Positions 52,038-58,803 of a DNA stretch of 58,803 nucleotides are shown in pieces. The stretch is from Eledone cirrhosa (lineage: Eukaryota): contig CAXHJY010001467.1 in NCBI GenBank assembly GCA_964016885.1, forward strand, positions 1-58,803. The letters run 5' to 3'. The notes under the pieces are model-generated. The model saw nothing but the letters and a program-made list of their open reading frames with translations. It was not told the DNA's origin and made no database searches. The translations under genes and the position numbers were made by a program. The stretch's first letter is position 1, and each line of letters starts with the position of its first letter.

Positions 52038-53571
52038 ACAAGAGACAACGGTTTCTGTCTCGGTAGAAAGTCTATAATTGCAGGTAACAGCCTAGAATTC
52101 TTGGAACTAAATATCGGCACACCTAGGTGAACATAACATACATTAAATTGTTAAGAAAGGTAAACCCATTTTTCAGGGGGCACGAACGTTTACGAACTTT
52201 TGCATTAGCCTTTTGTGTGTGTCTTGTTTTATATTTTTTTTTTCTTTTTTGACGATTCAGACCAGAAAAGAAATTCTACGAATTCTATTTTTAATTTTCT
52301 TCTTGCAACATCAATTAAGGTGTCATGCATGAGTTGATAATTCCAAACTACATCCATTTTTCTTCTAGCTTTGATAATATGTCCCTGTTTATATTTATAT
52401 GGTTCGTAGCAATTAATTTATATGTACCTACTTCTATTTAATCTTGTATATTTCTTATATGATAATACAAACTATCCATTTCGCAAACTTAAATAAAATG
52501 TTAAAAATTCTAATAAGAAAAATGTAGGATACAAACGTAAGTAATTTAAGGTAAAAATATAAATAAAATGTGTAGCATTTTTTACATTAGAAAAACAGTG
52601 TTTGTGTATTGTACATTTATATATATACATACAAATTTGTATTAAAAATTTCGACTATGAATGAAGTAAAAAAAAAAAAAAAAAATGTTCGTAATTATAG
52701 TAAAATAACAAGGTAGAAAAGATACCTGACATACAACACAATATTTAAAAAAAAAATTAAATAAAGAACAGCAATACACAAGCATATGAAATCAAAGAAA
52801 AATACAGTAAGAATTAAATATAACATTTACAAATTGTCTACAAGATTGAGATTAATATACAATTTGAATGATACGCAATAATGTAGAAGAAAACCAAAAA
52901 AAAAAAAAAAAAAAGAAAAGGAGAAAAAGCGACGGGATAAGTTAAAAAGAAATTTTCACCTAATGGATAGGCATTTAAGATACCATCTAGATAAACGAAA
53001 GACCGTATTACTAAAGTTACTCTAGGGGATAACAACTAATACTCCCAAACTATTCATTACATATGATAAATAAAAAAAATATAAAACAGTAAGATAAATA
53101 CCTGATTACATATTAGTTTTAATATTGTTATAATATTAAAAAGTTGAGAAGCTGTACTGTCGGCTTAAAAGAAGAATTATATAGCAAGTCAAATTCCCCA
53201 CACCTCTTCGACTGACTAAAACACCCGTGTTTCGATTGGAACTTTTCTAAACCAGAGTGAAAATGTGTCGAGATAGTGGTACGGGGATGCTGGGATTGAA
53301 ATGAGAACTTTCCAATTAGAGAGTTTCTGTGACATCTGACTCAATAATAGCAGTTAAAAATAGCAAAAAATAATAATTCTGATTCCAAAAGAATTCTGAT
53401 AAATATAATTGACAAGAATATTATATGCAAAATAGAATTTAATTTCAAAATCTCAACTTAGTGGTATGTAAACATCTCTCGCTCTCTCTCTCACACTCTC
53501 TATATATATCTGTATTTATGAATGCGGGTGCGTGAATATAAAAATAACTTAACTATTGCCAAGCAACTCAC

Positions 53572-53688
53572 TTGCCCTACAAACGACCAGAAATAGGGGA
53601 AAGGGGACTGTTTAAGATAAGCACACTCAAATAATCGGAACAACAGATTATTTCCGAAACTATTACAGAAAGTATATATAGTTCAAAA
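53572..53688 (-). other. Candidate non-coding exon, 117 bp
   Basis: About 30-nt polypyrimidine tract ending cccgtttcttttAG; donor CAA/GTGAGT. Confidence 0.5.
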
Positions 53689-55116
53689 CTAAAAGAAACG
53701 GGAAGAAAAAAAAGAAAAAGTTTTAAAAGTTTGACTATTCTTTTCATTCTACATACCGAGTAGATTCCAAGAAAATAGGGGAGAAAACGATATTCTACAA
53801 CAGAATATAATGGTATGTAGGTGCGATACTTATAGAAAAGATTGGTTATAAGTTCCAGCATAGCATACCGAAATTATGACCGACTGCATCAACAGTGAGG
53901 GGAGCATCTCAGCGGTTAACAGACCTGTTAGAAACAAATGCCAAATCGTCGTCACACATATACACAAAATCTTGGAGAAAAAAAATAAAATAAAAAAGAC
54001 ACTAGGGCGAAGAAGAAGAATTTAATCTTAGATGTGTATAAAAAAAAAAAAAAAAAAAAAATACGGGATGGTCATAGCTGGAACGATTGTGATCATATGT
54101 ATACGTCCGAACGGCCTGGTTTGGTGGTTTGGGTTAAAACAAAACGGTAGAAGCAAAAGATGACAGGAACCACCATCTAACCCACCGAAGAAAACTATTT
54201 TAAATACCTGTATACATAACTTATGCAGATTCATAAAATATACACCTAGAAACCCACGTTTTATTTACCAAATACCTTCACATTTAAAAGAATCACAAAC
54301 ACAGAATTTGCTCTACGGTTAAGTTCCGATGATTTCGATAGCAAAGGAGAAATAAGCCTGTATATTTCTCATTTTCCATCAAAACGATAAAAGCTTAACC
54401 GTAGGACAGAGAATCGTTATAATATCTATACTCTCCTTTCATTGAATATAAATAAAATACTAAGTTGGATATTGGTATTAACTGATGACATTTCATTCAT
54501 CCATCCAGTAATCTGACACACACACGCACACACAGAGTGGTAATTGAAAATGACAACATCAATTGGAAAAGTAAGGAGAGAAAGAAAAAAAAAAAAACAA
54601 ACAAAACAACTATCAAATAGTCGAATTTTAAATTACATATAAATATATATAACCCGTGTACGTATGTATCAGAAAAAAGTTGAAAAGTTTTTCCTATTGA
54701 AAAGTTAAATGGAAGGAAAAAACAAAATCGATGAGAGAGAAAGAAGAGAGGAGGTATTCTAATGAAAAAGAATATACGGGTATATATGCAATTAAGCTGA
54801 AAATAAAAAAGTAAGTACTGAATATTATGAATTAGAGAGGGATATAAGATTTATCTAAGAGATTCAAAAATACAGAAAAAGAAAAAAAAACGGGAAAACT
54901 CCGAGTCGCAAGCAACTCGTGTGATTTCTTTGAATAATAATATAGCAATAATCATACTTTTTATCGATATCATTTAAAATATAGGTCCTCGAAAGTTATC
55001 AGAATGATAAATAGTAAAAACTGTTTAATAATAATTCATTCATTAATTAATAACATTAATAATTCATCAACATATAAAATAAAAACAAAACTATGGGTCC
55101 GCGTAAATAAGAGGAG

Positions 55117-55150
<34 letters not shown>

Positions 55151-55250
55151 AGAATGATAAATAATACAAAAATTGTTTAATAATAAATTAATAATTTAAT
55201 ATATAAAATAACACAATTAGTATCAATAAATATCCTATTGCTATCCTTAC

Positions 55251-55490
55251 CGTGGAGACCGTTCATGGAATCAGGATTTAAAAAAATAATAAAAGCACTA
55301 GTTTTCTTCGTCCACAGATAGGGGGGGAAGAGGCAGGAGCAACAATAACAACACCATCCAAAAGACAACACAGCATTTCATCGAAGCATTGAAATGTGTT
55401 CCTGCGTGCTTCCGATCTCGGTCTAATATGTTGTCTCTATCTAACAACACTCCACTACCGCTCCGCCTCCATAAATAACACTAACACGCC
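55251..55490 (-). other. Candidate first exon of the minus-strand transcript
   Basis: Donor ACG/GTAAGG at 55250; unique, CpG-containing sequence next to a long GA-rich tract; start site not defined. Confidence 0.4.
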
Positions 55491-55504
55491 CACAATGCAA
55501 TGCG

Positions 55505-56595
55505 GTCTCTCTCTCTCTCTCTTCTTCCTTTCTCTTACCCTTATCTATCTCTCTCTCTCTTTTCCCCCCTCTGTCTTTCTTCCTCTTTCTCTTATCCCTC
55601 TCTCTCTCTTATTCTTCTCTATCTTATCCCCCTCTCTCTCTCTTTTCCCTCTCTGTTTTTTTCCCTTTCTCTCTTTTCTCTGTCATTTTTCTCTCTCGTT
55701 TTCTCTTACTATTTCTCTCTTTTTCCTCCTTCTCCTCTTCCGCTACTACTTTGTACTGCACTGCACTTAGACTCTCTCTTTCTCTTTTTCTCACTGCCTG
55801 TCTGTCTCTTCCCCCCCATCCACATTGCTTTTACTCCCTCTCTATATTCTTCTGGTTCTATCTATATCTCTCTGTCTGTACCTCTAATTCTCAATCTCAG
55901 TTCCGTTGTTCCCCCTCTCTCTATTCCTTTATTTCTATCTCTCTCACTTACTCAGTTCCTGTTTTCCTCTCTTCGTCTGTCTGTCTGTTTCCATCTGCTC
56001 TTCTCTTTCAATCTTTTAACCTTTCTCTATTTACTTCTTCCTCTCTCCGTCTGTCTGTCTGACTCTATCTACTCCTCTCTTTCAATCTTTTAATCCTCTA
56101 TTTACTCCTTCCTTCTCTGTGTCTGTCTGCTTTTATATTTCAATCTTTTAATCTATCTCTATTTACACCTTCCTTCCTCGCCTCTCTCCGTCTGTCTGTT
56201 TATCTCTATCTACTTCCTCCTCCCTCTCTCTGTATGTGACTGTGTCTGTATCCTGTATCCCTCTCTCTCATATCACATCACATCACATAAATCCGGCCCC
56301 CCCTCCCTCTCACATAGACACTCTTACTCTCTCCTCTGTCTCTTGCTTACTCTTTTCCCACCCTCTAGCACATAGATACTTTTACCCTCTCACTTTCTCC
56401 TCCTCCCTCTCTCTCGCTTACTCTCCTTCTACCCTCTCACATAGACACTCGTACCCTCTCACTTTCTCCTTCTCCTCCTCTGTATCTCTCGCTTACTCTC
56501 CTCCTACCCTCTCACATAGACACTCGTACCTTCTCACACGGGCATTCGTACCCTCTCACTATCTCCTCTCTCGCTTACTCTCCTCCCCTTCTCTG
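55505..56595. promoter_or_regulatory. 1.1-kb polypyrimidine/polypurine tract, candidate bidirectional promoter region
   Basis: Almost purely C/T on the plus strand, with about 4 degenerate ~65-75-bp units at 56300-56590; lies between two divergent donor-bearing CpG-containing segments. Confidence 0.4.
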
Positions 56596-56994
56596 CCACC
56601 ACTATCAGACGCCATAATAACCAAATACCGAGTTATGGAGAAACACCATTGAAGAAAGGTTGACCTAATGTCGGGTTGTTTTTTTTTGCCTGCCAGTGTT
56701 TCTTTCGTCGCGAAAAAAAAAAGAAAACAAAGAAAAAAAACACGTCGTGTTTTTAGTGTCTTAAATGGGTCTCAGTCTGTTTTAAAATGCCGGAAAGCCG
56801 TCGTCGATGCAGTTGAAATTATTATTAATTCGACTACATCGTCTGAGTTTGTCCTAAAAAAACAGAAAAAATTAAGAAAAAGAAGAAAAAAAACCTTAAT
56901 CGAGTCTTTTTCCCCTCCCAGGGTTTTTTTTGTAAAAAAAAAAAAAAAGTCTTATATATAAACTACGTAGGAGAAAAGACAAGTATAGCAGGAT

Positions 56995-57027
56995 ATGGGG
57001 ACTAAAGGCCCTATTCCTCGCGATAAG
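56995..57027 (+). CDS. Candidate first coding exon MGTKGPIPRDK (phase 0)
   Basis: Strong start context GATATGG, donor AAG/GTGAGC, CpG-rich leader from about 56600. Confidence 0.4.
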
Positions 57028-57119
57028 GTGAGCAAAGATCATGAAAGTATTTCATTTCAAATGTTTTTAATATATATATCAATATACATATATTGATATA
57101 TATACGTGTATGTATATGT

Positions 57120-57551
57120 ATGTGTGTATATATCTGTAGAGATATTACACTAAATATGTATATAATATGTATGTTTGTCTGAAGATATATATATATATAT
57201 ATGTACATGTATGTATGTGTATATATTACTCTAAATGTGTATATAAAATGTATGTTTGTCTGAAGGCATATATATATAAATGTACATGTTCATGCATATA
57301 TGTGTATATATTCCTCTAAATAGGTATATAATATGTATGTTTGTCTGAACATATATATATGCATATGTATATATATGTGTATGTATTATTCTAAATATGT
57401 ATATAATGTTTGTCTGAAGATATATACATATATGTGTATATATTACTCTAAATATGTATATATGTATGATTGTCTGAACATATATATATGCATATGTATA
57501 TATATGTGTATGTATTATTCTAAATATGTATATAATGTTTGTCTGAAGATG

Positions 57552-57585
<34 letters not shown>

Positions 57586-57830
57586 GTATATATTACTCTA
57601 AATATGTATATATGTATGTTTGTCTGAAGATATATATATATATATATGTGTATATATTACTCTAAATATGTATATATGTATGTTTGTCTGAAGATATATA
57701 TATATATATACATGTGTATATATTACTCTAGATATGTATATAATGTCTGAAGAAACTATATGTATACATATACGTGTATATATATATTACTCTAAATGTA
57801 TATATATAATGTGTGTGTTTGTCTAATAAT
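57120..57830. repeat. ~55-65-bp AT-rich minisatellite (TGTTTGTCTGAAGA(TA)n..TATTACTCTAAATATG)
   Basis: Direct reading, roughly a dozen units. Confidence 0.9.
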
Positions 57831-58803
57831 ACTATATATATATATAAATATATATTTGTATGTAACGTGTAAATGTATATGATATATATATTACATATAT
57901 ATATATATTACATATATATTTCTTTATTATATTACTGAAATTGCTGTCTCCTTTTTTTTTTTGCTACTCAGAGTTTGGCCATTACTCGCTGATCACGCAA
58001 CTATATCACATATAAATATATATATATACATACATACATCTACTATATACAATATTCTAATATATATACATATATATATATATATCTAACACAGCCTAAA
58101 TATATAATGTGTGTTGTGTGTCTAATATATGTATTTCTTGTTTTCTTCTGTCTCTGTGTTCATGTGTAATCTGTCTGTGTGTCTTACGTCCTTTCTGTCT
58201 GTGTGTCGTCACTAGTCTCTCTCTCTCTCTATTTTTCTTCATTTCCTCCTTTTTATTATTTATTATGTATGTATGTGTGTGTGTGTGTATAGTATATGAT
58301 ATATATATATATATATATATACATACATATATTCCTGCCTAGCCACTTGGTTAAACTGACTATAACACTGATAATATTAATATTGATATTGATGATATTG
58401 ATGATGATTTAAGATTAGAAGAAAAAAGAAGCTTCTTTTAATCATAAAAAAATATACACAACATTCTTATGCTTTTATTTTATTTTTATTTTTTATCTCC
58501 TTCTGAAATATTGTTCCTAGCTCCTTTCTTTTCGTTAACTGGGTTAATACAGATGAAGCTTTTAAAAGACAAAAACACACAGCACACATTCAACGTTTCA
58601 TACCATTAAATAATATCTACACACTACACACTATCTCTTTCTCTCTCTCTCTCTACACACACACACAGGTTATACATACACACACAAGCTGTACGTACGT
58701 ACGTACACCTAAAAGCCATCTGAATTATTTATTTACACACCAATTAACACACGAACTCGCTAAACATAAACACCTACATACGTCTTACTGCCTTGCCTTG
58801 CCC

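Noticed and set aside
55396-56652. Leu/Ser/Phe-rich 'membrane protein' ORFs
   Set aside because: Stop-poor translations of the polypyrimidine tract

Overview
Eukaryotic, AT-rich, repeat-dense genomic DNA. The repeat repertoire suggests an octopod cephalopod (inference): (TA)n/(CA)n/(GA)n microsatellites, RTE LINEs with (GAT)n tails, tRNA-headed SINEs sharing the RTE tail, and Deu/Nin-type SINEs. There is no prokaryotic gene, CRISPR array or intact long CDS. Nearly all ORFs in the track are decayed retroelement pieces or simple-repeat artefacts. Mobile elements seen: (1) at least four RTE-clade lineages; (2) three SINE-like families; (3) Penelope-like elements (PLE, Naiad-type GIY-YIG) with inverted ends and about seven hammerhead ribozyme motifs, two with intact core nucleotides; (4) two non-autonomous Helitrons, hAT MITEs and a TTAA/piggyBac-type MITE that is repeatedly interrupted by other elements; (5) several minisatellites, some derived from LINE tails. 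Splice-site reading and a visible rise in CpG content beyond about 48.7 kb suggest a minus-strand host transcript starting near 55.5 kb, with candidate exons at 55.3, 53.6, 26.0, 14.9 and 12.6 kb, possibly encoding a small secreted peptide precursor. A divergent plus-strand first exon is possible near 56.6-57.0 kb. These gene models are unconfirmed predictions, and most element boundaries are approximate because they were read by eye.
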